A DNA stretch of 64,000 nt from Candidatus Bipolaricaulota bacterium (GTDB taxonomy: Bacteria > Bipolaricaulota > Bipolaricaulia > RBG-16-55-9 > DRXL01), in contig CALLJK010000002.1 of the NCBI GenBank assembly GCA_938091745.1, positions 26,842 to 90,841 of the forward strand, written 5' to 3'. How positions within the stretch are numbered: position 1 is the first letter of the stretch; the number at the start of each line of letters is the position of its first letter. A program made the position numbers and the translations under genes. Positions 20,000 through 29,444 of the stretch are shown piece by piece. The notes below the pieces were generated by a model. That model worked only from the letters and a program-made list of their open reading frames with translations, searched no databases and was not told where the DNA came from.

Positions 20000-20587
20000 A
20001 TGGACAAGCTTGACGCAAAGATCGTCTCTGCGCTAGAGCGGCTCTCCCACGTGCTCAGAACGTTGCTGTGGGAGGAAGCCGGAGAAAGCCGCCTCAGCCC
20101 CATCCAAATCCAGTCGCTGCTCTATCTCCGCTCCCACGACGAGAAGCTCTGTCGGGTCAATCAACTTGCAGAAGAGTTCGGGCTGACCCCAGCGACGATG
20201 AGCGACGCTGTCAGTTCTCTTGAAGCGAAGGGGCTGCTCACCCGCAAGCCGTGGCCTCAAGATAAGCGCGTTTTCACGCTGCGCCTCACCGCCAAGGGCC
20301 GACGCTCTGCAGAAAAGCTTGCACGCTGGAGCGACGTGCTCACCAAGCAGCTTGAGCGCTTTGCCCCCGAAGAGAAAGAGCAAGCCCTGAAATTCTTGCT
20401 CAAGCTCATTGAATCGCTCTATCGGGCGGGAATCATCACGGTCGCGAGGATCTGTCTGACGTGCCGGTTCTTCCGCCCCAATGCCCATAAGAACGCCCGA
20501 GCGCCGCATCACTGCGCGCTGATGGACAAGCCTCTAGCCGAGAGCGATCTCCGAGTAGACTGCCCGGAGCATGAGCGAGTCGCTTAG
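20000..20587 (+). CDS. MarR-family regulator with a C-terminal Cys/His cluster
   Basis: wHTH segment LAEEFGLTPATMSDAVSSLEAKGL..DKR..LTAKG; CLTC..HHC..DCPEH; SD GAGGAG. Confidence 0.9.
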   Translation: MDKLDAKIVSALERLSHVLRTLLWEEAGESRLSPIQIQSLLYLRSHDEKLCRVNQLAEEFGLTPATMSDAVSSLEAKGLLTRKPWPQDKRVFTLRLTAKGRRSAEKLARWSDVLTKQLERFAPEEKEQALKFLLKLIESLYRAGIITVARICLTCRFFRPNAHKNARAPHHCALMDKPLAESDLRVDCPEHERVA

Positions 20588-20661
20588 GGCCCTCATCCCG
20601 CCCTTGCGGGCACCCCTCTCCCGTAGTCACCTACGGGAGAGGGGTTGGGGGTGAGGGCCTC
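20587..20661. repeat. Palindromic repeat (GGCCCTCA...TGAGGGCC family) between convergent genes
   Basis: Terminal IR GGCCCTCA/TGAGGGCC; internal CCCCTCTCCCGTAG/CTACGGGAGAGGGG hairpin. Confidence 0.85.
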
Positions 20662-21194
20662 TTCCCCAACAGCCAGATCACTCCCAATCCTAACAACAGA
20701 TCCCCAACGCTGAACGCGTTGGCAAACGGCACCCAGCTCGGCAGCCAAAGAATATCTCCCAAAAAATTGAGCTTCGTCGTCTCGCTCATTAGGATAACGT
20801 TGCCCGAAACGCCGTCAATGAGTAATTTTTCGACCGTCGCTGCTCTCCCCGCAGCGCGCAACGCATCGAGAGACGCCGGCATGTGCCCGCCGTTGGCAGT
20901 AATGACTATGAAATTCGAGAGCATCCCCAGGGCCATCGGCCAGAGGGCTTTCTCGCGATAATTGAGAACAGCAAAGAGCAGCAAGAGCAGATACGACCCG
21001 ATGTGTAAGAACTCCATGCCCCACGTGACGATAGGCTGTGCGTTCTGCCCCAGGGGCAGAATGAGAACCTGAACGAGCACAGCGAGTAGCACCAGCCAGC
21101 CCGCGCGTAGCTTCAATTCCGCAAGATATGCCAGACTTCGATGGCGTACTAACCCGATGAGCAGTCCTAGGAGAATCGCCCAGAGGAGAACCAT
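20631..21194 (-). CDS. DUF5317-like membrane protein
   Basis: GMLSNFIVITANGGHMP, TKLNFLGDI and FSVGD motifs; several TM segments; coupled to the HD-GYP gene. Confidence 0.8.
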   Translation of the reverse strand: MVLLWAILLGLLIGLVRHRSLAYLAELKLRAGWLVLLAVLVQVLILPLGQNAQPIVTWGMEFLHIGSYLLLLLFAVLNYREKALWPMALGMLSNFIVITANGGHMPASLDALRAAGRAATVEKLLIDGVSGNVILMSETTKLNFLGDILWLPSWVPFANAFSVGDLLLGLGVIWLLGKRPSPPTPLP

Positions 21195-22474
21195 AGGGGC
21201 TCTTTCAGCTCGTCGGAGATGACGCGAACTAATGCTTCGACGACCTTAGGGTCGAACTGGCGGCCGCTCTGGCTCTGGATGATGCGCACGGCTTCGACGG
21301 GGTCATAGTGTCGTGGCAGCCCTTGGGATTCGCGATAGGGCCGGTCGCTGGTGAGCGCGTGATAGACGTCGGCAACGTGGATGATGCGCGCGCCGATGGG
21401 GATCTGTTCGCCCTTGAGGCCGTCGGGGTAGCCGGTGCCGTCCCAGCGCTCGTGCTCATATTTCACAAGCTGCGCAGCTTCACTGTACATCTCTAAGTTT
21501 TTTAAGAGATCGAAGCCGACAAGCGTGTGCTGTTTCACGAGCTTCCAATCGGAGTCATCGAGCGGGCCGGGTTTGTTGAGAATCGAATCGGGGATGGCGA
21601 CCTTGCCGATGTCATGCACACGGGCGGCGGTGCGGATGACTTCGATCTGGTCTTCGGGCAGTTCCATCTCGCGCGCGATCTTTTCGGCCAAGTCAGCAAC
21701 TTCTTCGGAGTGTTCGGCGGTGTAGGGGTCGTGTTCGTGGAGCATGCGAACGATAGCTTCGAGGGTACGCTGGGTTTCTCTACGGAGCTTGGTATAGCCG
21801 CGCAGGGTAAGGTGCACCCCGACGGCGGGGATGAGCACGAGAAGAGTTTGCCAGGGGGCTTGGGCGTAGACGACGGCGATCAAGATCGAAATGATGCCGA
21901 TGGCTAAGACTTGGAAGGGGAGGTTGCGCATCTTAAAAGTCACAAGCTTTGAGAACTTGATGCGCTGGGTCAGGGTAAGAATTCCAGAGACAAGCACAGT
22001 ATTCGCAGTCGTATAACCTACGTAAGCAAGAGCGGGCGGTATCAGCTCAGCGAGCGAGTTATACGGAGGTGGATGGCCGCCGAGCAGTTGGAAGATTAAG
22101 ATAGCTATCCAGCCATTTAGTAATAACTGACTTGTGTTGAAAGCAACGCGGGAGAAGAAATATGAAGGGTCTTGGCGCAGCCGGTGCCAGCGCAAGATAA
22201 TCTCAGCGGGCAACGTCCCTAACAAGATGCTCCAAGTCATCACTGAGGGGCCAGCAATGAATAATACAGCGCAGTAGGCAATCTCGCACGTTGACATTCT
22301 GCGTTGCAACGCAATTTCAACTTCAAAGATGTCAGAAAAGAAGGCAAGGATCGCAGTGATCAGTATCAGCGATATTTTTGTTGGATCATTCCCAAGTTGA
22401 GGCAGGTAGAGGCTAAGCGGGATCAGACTTAGCAGCACAACGCTCCATAGATACAGCTTCGCTCGCCAGCTCAT
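21167..22474 (-). CDS. HD-GYP phosphodiesterase with an N-terminal multi-TM sensor domain
   Basis: DPYTAEHSEEV, HDIGK, HERWDGTGYPDGL, ADVYHALTSDRPYR, QFDP; about seven hydrophobic segments N-terminally. Confidence 0.93.
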   Translation of the reverse strand: MSWRAKLYLWSVVLLSLIPLSLYLPQLGNDPTKISLILITAILAFFSDIFEVEIALQRRMSTCEIAYCAVLFIAGPSVMTWSILLGTLPAEIILRWHRLRQDPSYFFSRVAFNTSQLLLNGWIAILIFQLLGGHPPPYNSLAELIPPALAYVGYTTANTVLVSGILTLTQRIKFSKLVTFKMRNLPFQVLAIGIISILIAVVYAQAPWQTLLVLIPAVGVHLTLRGYTKLRRETQRTLEAIVRMLHEHDPYTAEHSEEVADLAEKIAREMELPEDQIEVIRTAARVHDIGKVAIPDSILNKPGPLDDSDWKLVKQHTLVGFDLLKNLEMYSEAAQLVKYEHERWDGTGYPDGLKGEQIPIGARIIHVADVYHALTSDRPYRESQGLPRHYDPVEAVRIIQSQSGRQFDPKVVEALVRVISDELKEPLWFSSGRFS

Positions 22475-22496
22475 GCTGGCAGCATTATATGAAAAT

Positions 22497-22524
22497 GAAA
22501 AAGGGGAGTCCAATCGGACCCCCC
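22497..22524 (-). terminator. Intrinsic terminator after the small peptide gene
   Basis: Minus strand GGGGGTCC-GATT-GGACTCCCC followed by TTTTT. Confidence 0.7.
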
Positions 22525-22552
22525 TGCAGGGAATTACGTAAGTAATTTTATG

Positions 22553-22696
22553 TTATGTCCACTTCTCAGCAGCGCCGCTCATGAGCACGAAGGCGCTGAT
22601 GATTGCCAGAATGTAGAGCACCTTAGCCCCGATCTTCTCCTTGACCCAACCGGCCACCCGCTCCGCCACCTGCTCGTTGTATTCTCCCCACTTCAT
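22553..22696 (-). CDS. 47-aa signal-peptide-like small protein (absent from the ORF track)
   Basis: MKWGEYNEQVAERVAGWVKEKIGAKVLYILAIISAFVLMSGAAEKWT; SD AAAGGAGGT upstream of ATG, own promoter and terminator. Confidence 0.85.
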   Translation of the reverse strand: MKWGEYNEQVAERVAGWVKEKIGAKVLYILAIISAFVLMSGAAEKWT

Positions 22697-22732
22697 GGGT
22701 ATGTACCTCCTTTGTATATTATTGATGGTCAT

Positions 22733-22761
22733 ATTTTATATGCAATTGTATGCGTTGTCAA
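22733..22761 (-). promoter_or_regulatory. Consensus sigma70 promoter of the small peptide gene
   Basis: TTGACA(22761-22756)-17-TAAAAT(22738-22733). Confidence 0.8.
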
Positions 22762-22865
22762 GGGGTTCGGCAAAAATCATCTGTGATTCTTTTTCTAGAG
22801 GGTTGCCTCCCTGTTATGCCAAGGTTCATAGCACCTGCACCGTCAGTTTGGGGGTCGCTGTTGGA

Positions 22866-23381
22866 CTACCAGGCACGGACAAGAGCAAGCACTTGTTGGA
22901 AGAGTTCTTCGCGAGTGCTTGGCGTGATGGCAAAGACAGAAAACTCTGTCCGTATCCGCGCAATCAACGGATGCTCATAGCGCTCCTTGAACGTCACAAG
23001 CAGATCTTTTGAGCTACCAAGCACGTCTGTGACGGCTTCGACGAAGCGCGCGCTGCGCAGTTCCATTGGCGCGATTTCGTCAACGATAATAAGCTGAGCT
23101 TCACAGAGAGCACGCTGGAGCGCCGGAACAGCGATACGCTCGATATCCGTGAGATTAACGCGATAGCGTCCTACGCGCGGGCCGCTCTTGAGCTGGCGAT
23201 GGGCCAGCAGCCCTCGCTCTCCCGTCGCTATATCTACGATCTCAAATCCGACGCGCTCGCGACCCTCACGAATATCTTGAGTGAGGATGCCACCAATCTT
23301 GACAGCTCCTAGAGCTTCGATGAGGCGCTGACACAGAGTTGTCTTGCCAGAGCCTGGTGCGCCAGTGATCGCCAGCTTCAT
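22866..23381 (-). CDS. Nucleoside-triphosphatase (THEP1/NTPase_1 family)
   Basis: ITGAPGSGKTT, R..GRERVGF, VGRYRV, IIVDEIAPMEL. Confidence 0.9.
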   Translation of the reverse strand: MKLAITGAPGSGKTTLCQRLIEALGAVKIGGILTQDIREGRERVGFEIVDIATGERGLLAHRQLKSGPRVGRYRVNLTDIERIAVPALQRALCEAQLIIVDEIAPMELRSARFVEAVTDVLGSSKDLLVTFKERYEHPLIARIRTEFSVFAITPSTREELFQQVLALVRAW

Positions 23382-24286
23382 CGCATTAGCAACGCCAGCA
23401 CGGCCTTCTGTGCGTGCAGTCTGTTCTCAGCTTCGTCGAAGATCGCGCTCTGCGGCCCGTGCGCGACATCGTGTGTGATCTCTTCGTCGTAGTGCGCCGG
23501 CAGGCAGTGCATCACAATTGCGTCGGGCTTGGCGAGCTTCAACAGATCTTGATTGATCTGAAAGTTTTTGAATTTCTTGCGACGCTCTTCGGCTTCTTTC
23601 TCTTGGCCCATGCTCGTCCAAACGTCGGTGTAGAGAATATCGGCGCCCTGGGCAGCAGCTTTGGGGTCGTGCACGATCTCAACTTTCCCAAGTCGTCGCG
23701 CTTCTTCGAAAATCTTTGCGTTCGGCTCATGTCCTACAGGGCACGCGACGGCGATCTCCATGCCGAGCTTGGGTCCAGCTTCAAGCCACGAGTTACACAC
23801 GTTGTTTCCATCGCCGATCCACGCGAGCTTCAACCCCTCAATTCTGCGCTTCTTCTCGAAGACTGTGAGCAGATCGCCCAAGATCTGACACGGGTGCAAA
23901 AGATCCGAAAGCCCGTTGATGACCGGAACGTCAGCGTATTTCGCTAATTCTTCGACGACCTCGTGCCCGAAGACCCGCGCCATGATCCCATCGCAGTATC
24001 GAGAGAGCACTTTGGCGATGTCTTCGGTCGTCTCGCGCTGGCCCAGCTTGATGTCGTCAGGGCTGAGATAGATCGCATGGCCGCCAAGCTGAGTCATGCC
24101 CACTTCAAACGAGACGCGCGTTCTCAGTGAGGGCTTTTGGAATATCATCGCTAAGGTCTTGCCCTCGAGCATTCTATGCGCGATCCCAGCACGATATTCG
24201 CGCTTGAGTTGCAGCGCTGTCTCCAGAAGCTCCCACAGGTCTTCAGCAGTGTACTCTGCAAAAGAGATCAAGTCTGTGTGACGCAT
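23378..24286 (-). CDS. argF: Ornithine carbamoyltransferase
   Basis: FQKPSLRTRVSFE, HPCQ, GDGNNV, YTDVWTSMGQE, MHCLPA, AENRLH. Confidence 0.96.
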   Translation of the reverse strand: MRHTDLISFAEYTAEDLWELLETALQLKREYRAGIAHRMLEGKTLAMIFQKPSLRTRVSFEVGMTQLGGHAIYLSPDDIKLGQRETTEDIAKVLSRYCDGIMARVFGHEVVEELAKYADVPVINGLSDLLHPCQILGDLLTVFEKKRRIEGLKLAWIGDGNNVCNSWLEAGPKLGMEIAVACPVGHEPNAKIFEEARRLGKVEIVHDPKAAAQGADILYTDVWTSMGQEKEAEERRKKFKNFQINQDLLKLAKPDAIVMHCLPAHYDEEITHDVAHGPQSAIFDEAENRLHAQKAVLALLMR

Positions 24287-24319
24287 AGTCCTGTCCTCCT
24301 CTCTCGCAATTTGTCTTTG

Positions 24320-24402
24320 AATCACGGAAAGCACAGAGAAGCACCGAGATCACGGAAAACGCTTTCCGTGTAATCCGTGATTCTTCCGTGCCTTCCGTGA
24401 TT
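24320..24402. repeat. Long imperfect inverted repeat built from CACGGA/TCCGTG units
   Basis: The left arm has CACGGAAA-like units at about 9-nt spacing; the right arm has four TCCGTG units. Confidence 0.75.
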
Positions 24403-24492
24403 CACAAGCATCATACCGAGATTGAGAAAGTTCGCCAAGTTGATTTTTCCCCGCGCGTGCTTTAGAGTGAAATCCGACGAAGGAGGCGAGCG

Positions 24493-25377
24493 ATGAAGGT
24501 CTACATTAATGGCGAATTCGTCCCCGAAGAGGAAGCGAAGATCAGCGTCTTCGACCACGGGCTGCTCTACGGCGACGGCGTCTTTGAAGGGATTCGCGCC
24601 TATGACGGCTATGTGTTTAAGCTCGACCGACATATAGAGCGTCTGTACGACAGCGCCAAGGCGATTGCCCTCGAAATCCCCTTAAGCAAAGACCAGATGA
24701 CCCAAGCGATTCTTGAGACTCTAAGAGTGAACAAGCTGCGCAGCGCCTATATTCGCCCGATTGTGACGCGCGGGGTTGGGGATTTGGGGATCGATCCGCG
24801 CCGCTGCCATGGCAAACCCTCTGTCATCATTATTGTCAAGGAGTGGAAATCACTCTATGGGGAGGAGAAGAGCCAGCACGGGCTGAGAGCGATTGTCGCC
24901 CACACCCGCGCCCGCTCCCCCGATAGCCTCTCGCAGAATATTAAGTCTTTAAATTATCTGTCGAACATCATGGCCAAGATCGAGGCGAACTTCGCTGGTG
25001 TAGATGAGGCCATTATGCTGGACAGTAACGGCTTCGTTGCCGAAGGCACGGCCGATAATGTCTTCATCGTTAAGAACGGGACGATCTTCGTGCCCCCGAC
25101 GGTGACGAATCTCCCCGGCATCACTCGCGAGACGGTGATCGAGCTTGCTCTTAAAGAGAGAATCCCGGTGCGCGAGGAATTCTTCGGCGTTCCGGCGCTC
25201 TACGCTGCCGATGAGTGCTTTATCACCGGGACGGCGGCAGAAATCGCGCCGATCGTCGAAATTGATGGGCGCAAGATTGGGACGGGCAAGCCCGGCCCAA
25301 TCACGCAGAGACTGATAGAAAGATTTCGCGCGATCACAGGTATCCCCGAGACGGGCACACCTATCTATGAAGGGTGA
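24493..25377 (+). CDS. ilvE: Branched-chain amino acid aminotransferase
   Basis: [38 protein letters not shown]. Confidence 0.96.
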   Translation: MKVYINGEFVPEEEAKISVFDHGLLYGDGVFEGIRAYDGYVFKLDRHIERLYDSAKAIALEIPLSKDQMTQAILETLRVNKLRSAYIRPIVTRGVGDLGIDPRRCHGKPSVIIIVKEWKSLYGEEKSQHGLRAIVAHTRARSPDSLSQNIKSLNYLSNIMAKIEANFAGVDEAIMLDSNGFVAEGTADNVFIVKNGTIFVPPTVTNLPGITRETVIELALKERIPVREEFFGVPALYAADECFITGTAAEIAPIVEIDGRKIGTGKPGPITQRLIERFRAITGIPETGTPIYEG

Positions 25378-25380
25378 GCT

Positions 25381-26811
25381 ATGACTGTTCGCGTTCGCTT
25401 TGCTCCAAGCCCTACGGGAGAACTGCACGTCGGCGGGGCGCGCACCGCGCTCTTCAATTGGCTGTTTGCTCGTAAACATAAGGGCGTCTTTATTCTCAGA
25501 TTCGAAGATACAGATATCGAGCGCAATCGCCCGGAGCTGATCGAACCGATCTTAGAGAGTCTGCGGTGGCTGGGCTTACTGTGGGACGAAGGGCCGTACT
25601 TTCAGAGTCAACGGCTCTCTCTCTATCGCGAGTGGGCTGAGAAGCTTCTCAAAGAAGGCAAGGCGTACAAGTGCTACTGCACGCCCGAAGAGCTAGAAGC
25701 CAAGCGCACGGCTGCGCTCGCCGCTAAACAAAAGCCCAAGTACGACGGGCGCTGTCGCAGTCTAACCGCTCAAGAAGAGCAGAATTTTATTCGTGAGGGG
25801 CGCCAGCCCGCGCTCCGAATCAAAATTCCCCAATCGGGCACGATTGTCGTCGAAGACGCGATCCGCGGGCGGGTCGAATTTGACTTCTCCGAGCTTGATG
25901 ACTTTATTCTCTTGCGCTCCGACGGCCGACCCACGTATAACTTCGCCGTCGTCGTTGATGACATCACGATGGGCATTACGCACGTTATTCGCGCTGATGA
26001 GCACCTCAATAACACCCCAAAACAGATTCTGATCTATCAGGCGTTTGGGCATCCCACACCGATCTTTGCGCACGTCCCGATGGTCTTGGCGAAAGACCGC
26101 AGCAAGCTCTCCAAGCGCCATGGCGCGACAGCGGTCTTTGAGTTTCGTGACCGCGGAGTGTTGCCCGAAGCGTTAGTGAATTACTTAGCACGGCTTGGCT
26201 GGTCCTACGGCGACCAAGAGATTTTCAGCAAAGACGAGCTGATTGCGAACTTCTCGCTCGACGCAGTGCACCCCTCGGCAGCGATCTTCGACGAAGAGAA
26301 ACTCTTATGGCTCAATCAGCACTATCTCAAGACGGGCGACCCGCAGCGCCTTGGGGAGCTTCTGCGCCCGTTCTTGGTGAAGCTCAATATCATGAGCGAA
26401 GCCGAAGCACAAGTTGTGCCGAGCGAGAAGCTTACACAAATTGTCGTTCTCTTTCGGGAACGTGCCAAGACGCTCACCGAGCTTGCTGAACCTGCTCGGT
26501 ATCTGCTCACGGATAATTTTTCGTATGACCCAGAAGCCGTGAAGAAGTTTCTCACGCCGGAGAAGATCGCGCTGCTCAAGGGGCTGGCAGAGGCGCTCGC
26601 GTCGGTGGAGCCGTTCACGGCAGCGGAGCTGGAGCAAGCGACGCGCGCTTATTTAGAGTCTCAGGGCACGGCGCTCAAAGAGATCGCGCAACCGTGCCGT
26701 GTGGCGCTCACGGGGAGAACAGCAGGGGCGGGGCTGTTCGAGACGATGGAACTGATGGGGAGAGAGCGGGTGCTCGCGCGGATGAAGTCAGTTGCATCAC
26801 TGCTTGCCTAA
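25381..26811 (+). CDS. gltX: Glutamate--tRNA ligase
   Basis: RFAPSPTGELHVGG and KLSKR. Confidence 0.97.
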   Translation: MTVRVRFAPSPTGELHVGGARTALFNWLFARKHKGVFILRFEDTDIERNRPELIEPILESLRWLGLLWDEGPYFQSQRLSLYREWAEKLLKEGKAYKCYCTPEELEAKRTAALAAKQKPKYDGRCRSLTAQEEQNFIREGRQPALRIKIPQSGTIVVEDAIRGRVEFDFSELDDFILLRSDGRPTYNFAVVVDDITMGITHVIRADEHLNNTPKQILIYQAFGHPTPIFAHVPMVLAKDRSKLSKRHGATAVFEFRDRGVLPEALVNYLARLGWSYGDQEIFSKDELIANFSLDAVHPSAAIFDEEKLLWLNQHYLKTGDPQRLGELLRPFLVKLNIMSEAEAQVVPSEKLTQIVVLFRERAKTLTELAEPARYLLTDNFSYDPEAVKKFLTPEKIALLKGLAEALASVEPFTAAELEQATRAYLESQGTALKEIAQPCRVALTGRTAGAGLFETMELMGRERVLARMKSVASLLA

Positions 26812-26844
26812 GGCTACAATTGCTTTCTTACAGGAGGGCTGACT

Positions 26845-28542
26845 ATGAGCGAAGCTCCGAAAGACTTCATTCGCGAGATCATCGAGAATGATATCAAGAC
26901 AGGTCGATATGGTGGGCGCGTCCATACGCGCTTCCCCCCAGAACCCAACGGGTATCTGCACATCGGCCACGCCAAGAGCGTCTTGCTCAACTATTGGATT
27001 GCCAAAGAATACGGGGGAAAATTTAATCTGCGCTTCGACGACACCAACCCCGAAAAAGAAGAGCAAGAGTACGTCGATGCCATCAAGCGCGACGTCAAAT
27101 GGCTTGGGGTCGACTGGGAAGACCGCGAGTTCTACGCGTCAGACTATTTCGAGCAGCTCTACCAGTGGGCTGAAGAACTCATCAAGAAGGGCAAGGCTTA
27201 TGTGTGCGATCTCTCCCCCGAAGAAGTTAGCGAATACCGGGGCAAAGCGATCATCCAAGATGGGAAGGTCATCACGCCCCCGGGGAAAGAGAGCCCCTAT
27301 CGCAATCGCTCTGTCGAAGAGAATCTCGATTTGTTTCGCCGAATGCGCGCGGGTGAGTTTCCCGACGGCTCCAAAACGTTGCGCGCTAAGATCGATATGG
27401 CCCACCCGAACTTAAATATGCGCGACCCCGTCATGTACCGCATCATGCATGTCCCACATCATCGTACCGGGGACAAATGGTGCATCTACCCCACGTACGA
27501 TTGGGCGCACGGGCAGTCTGATTCTATCGAAGGGATTACACACTCAATCTGCACGCTGGAGTTTGAGGACCATCGGCCGCTCTATGATTGGTTCTTAGAT
27601 CAGCTGGGGATTCATCACCCGCGGCAGATCGAGTTTGCTCGATTGAATCTGACTTATACGGTGATGAGCAAGCGCCTGCTCTTGCAGTTGGTGCAGGAGG
27701 GGCACGTGCGCGGCTGGGACGATCCTCGAATGCCCACGCTCGCGGGGATGCGCCGCCGCGGCTACACCCCGGAAGCGATTCACGAATTTGTCCGTCGTGT
27801 GGGGGTCTCCAAGCGCGAGAGCATCACCGAGTTAGAGCTTCTTGAACACTGCGTGAGACAAGATTTGAACAAGCGCGCACCCCGACGCTTAGCCGTGCTC
27901 GACCCCTTGAGAGTCGTCATCACGAACTATCCCGACGGCCAAGTCGAGTGGCTCGAGGCGATCAATAACCCTGAAGACCCCAGCGCGGGCACGCGCAAGG
28001 TCCCGTTCTCCAAAGTCTTATATATCGAGCGCGATGATTTTATGGAAAACCCTCCAAAAGACTTCTATCGCTTGGCGCCTGGACGCGAAGTGCGCCTGCG
28101 CTATGCGTACTTTATCAAGTGTGTCGATGTCATCAAAGACGCTCAAGGCAACGTGATCGAGCTGCACTGCACGTATGATCCGGCGACACGCGGGGGAGAA
28201 GCTCCCGACGGGCGCAAAGTCAAAGCGACGATTCATTGGGTTTCAGCTCAACACGCCATTAACGCTGAAGTGCGTCTGTATGACCGTCTCTTCACCAAGC
28301 CCGACCCGTTGGATGTCCCCAAGGGCCATGACTGGAAGGAGAACATCAACCCCAACTCGCTGATCGTTCTACAGAACTGCAAACTGGAGCCGAGCCTAGC
28401 TGATGCGCAAGTGGGGGATCGCTTCCAATTTGAGCGCAAGGGGTACTTCTGCGTTGATCCAGACTCGACCCCAGAAAGATTAGTCTTCAATCGCACGGTC
28501 ACTCTCAAGGGCGAGTGGGAGAAAGCAAGACAGCAGAGTTAG
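26845..28542 (+). CDS. glnS: Glutamine--tRNA ligase
   Basis: [37 protein letters not shown]. Confidence 0.97.
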   Translation: MSEAPKDFIREIIENDIKTGRYGGRVHTRFPPEPNGYLHIGHAKSVLLNYWIAKEYGGKFNLRFDDTNPEKEEQEYVDAIKRDVKWLGVDWEDREFYASDYFEQLYQWAEELIKKGKAYVCDLSPEEVSEYRGKAIIQDGKVITPPGKESPYRNRSVEENLDLFRRMRAGEFPDGSKTLRAKIDMAHPNLNMRDPVMYRIMHVPHHRTGDKWCIYPTYDWAHGQSDSIEGITHSICTLEFEDHRPLYDWFLDQLGIHHPRQIEFARLNLTYTVMSKRLLLQLVQEGHVRGWDDPRMPTLAGMRRRGYTPEAIHEFVRRVGVSKRESITELELLEHCVRQDLNKRAPRRLAVLDPLRVVITNYPDGQVEWLEAINNPEDPSAGTRKVPFSKVLYIERDDFMENPPKDFYRLAPGREVRLRYAYFIKCVDVIKDAQGNVIELHCTYDPATRGGEAPDGRKVKATIHWVSAQHAINAEVRLYDRLFTKPDPLDVPKGHDWKENINPNSLIVLQNCKLEPSLADAQVGDRFQFERKGYFCVDPDSTPERLVFNRTVTLKGEWEKARQQS

Positions 28543-28577
28543 CCTTGCGTCTCGCTCTGAGATACAATATCAGTTTG

Positions 28578-29438
28578 ATGCGCTCTGTATCGCTTGCCCC
28601 TGGACTGGAGTTGATAGACCTCGCACTCTTCTTGCCTAGGATGAGAGCGCTTGCTATCGCTGACATTCACTTGGGGATTGAAGACGCTCTCAAAGACGAG
28701 GGCGTTCTCGTGCCCAGACAGCATCTTGCCCAAGTGCAGCAGAGATTGGAGCGCATCTTCAAGGAGCTTGCTGTCACGCCCTCGGAGCCGTTACAAAAAA
28801 TAATAATTAATGGCGACCTGCGCCATCAGTTTGGCCCGCTCTCGCGCGTCGAACATAAAGAATCCAAAGAATTCTTGCGCTGGCTTGCTAACTGGACAGA
28901 GCAGATCGTGCTGGTTGAGGGCAATCACGACGGCTCGCTGAAACACTTTGCTAACGAACGCATCACGGTGACGAAACGCTATAGCGAAGGGGACTGCTGG
29001 TTCGTGCATGGGGATGAGGCCCTCACCCCCAGGCTTCGCCTGGACCGTCCATCTTCGCCAGCCTCTGGCTGGCGAAGGCAAAGCCCATGCGCAGCGTGCC
29101 CCAAGGGCGGGGTGAGGGCCTGGCTCGTCATCGGCCATGAGCACCCTGCTGTAGGCTTGCGCGATCCCGTCACCGGGCGCACAGAAGTTTATAAGTGCTT
29201 TCTCGTCGGAACTTTTCGAGAGTACGATCTCTTAGTCTTGCCGTCGTTCAATCAGCTCGTGCGGGGAAGCGATCTGCTCAGAGAGCAGCCCCTCTCACCG
29301 TTTGTGCAGCAGAGCGAACTCGAAGAGTTTTCAGTCTACGTTGTCTCCGATGACGGCTCTCTCTACGAATTTGGCCCTCTACGCCGATTGTTCCATTCCT
29401 CCTCCCTCTCCCCTGTGAGGGAGAGGGGCAGGGGGTGA
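28578..29438 (+). CDS. Calcineurin-like metallophosphoesterase carrying an in-frame repeat insertion
   Basis: ADIHLG, NGD, EGNHD, HGD, GHEHP, LPSF motifs. Confidence 0.85.
   Translation: MRSVSLAPGLELIDLALFLPRMRALAIADIHLGIEDALKDEGVLVPRQHLAQVQQRLERIFKELAVTPSEPLQKIIINGDLRHQFGPLSRVEHKESKEFLRWLANWTEQIVLVEGNHDGSLKHFANERITVTKRYSEGDCWFVHGDEALTPRLRLDRPSSPASGWRRQSPCAACPKGGVRAWLVIGHEHPAVGLRDPVTGRTEVYKCFLVGTFREYDLLVLPSFNQLVRGSDLLREQPLSPFVQQSELEEFSVYVVSDDGSLYEFGPLRRLFHSSSLSPVRERGRG
29017..29121. repeat. 105-bp palindromic element in frame inside the metallophosphoesterase gene
   Basis: Terminal IR AGGCCCTCACCCC/GGGGTGAGGGCCT; near-identical to the intergenic copy at 40599-40704. Confidence 0.9.
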
Positions 29439-29441
29439 GGG
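29399..29441. repeat. Partial C/G palindromic repeat supplying the stop codon of the metallophosphoesterase
   Basis: CCCTCTCCC-CTGTGA-GGGAGAGGG followed by GGGGTGAGGG. Confidence 0.7.
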
Positions 29442-29444
29442 AGC

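Noticed and set aside
22550-23012. Plus-strand ORFs of 76-123 aa in the ORF track
   Set aside because: No SD or motifs; promoter, SD and terminator all support the minus-strand 47-aa ORF instead.
24320-24402. Possible CRISPR mini-array
   Set aside because: Units are short and inverted, with no unique spacers and no cas genes.
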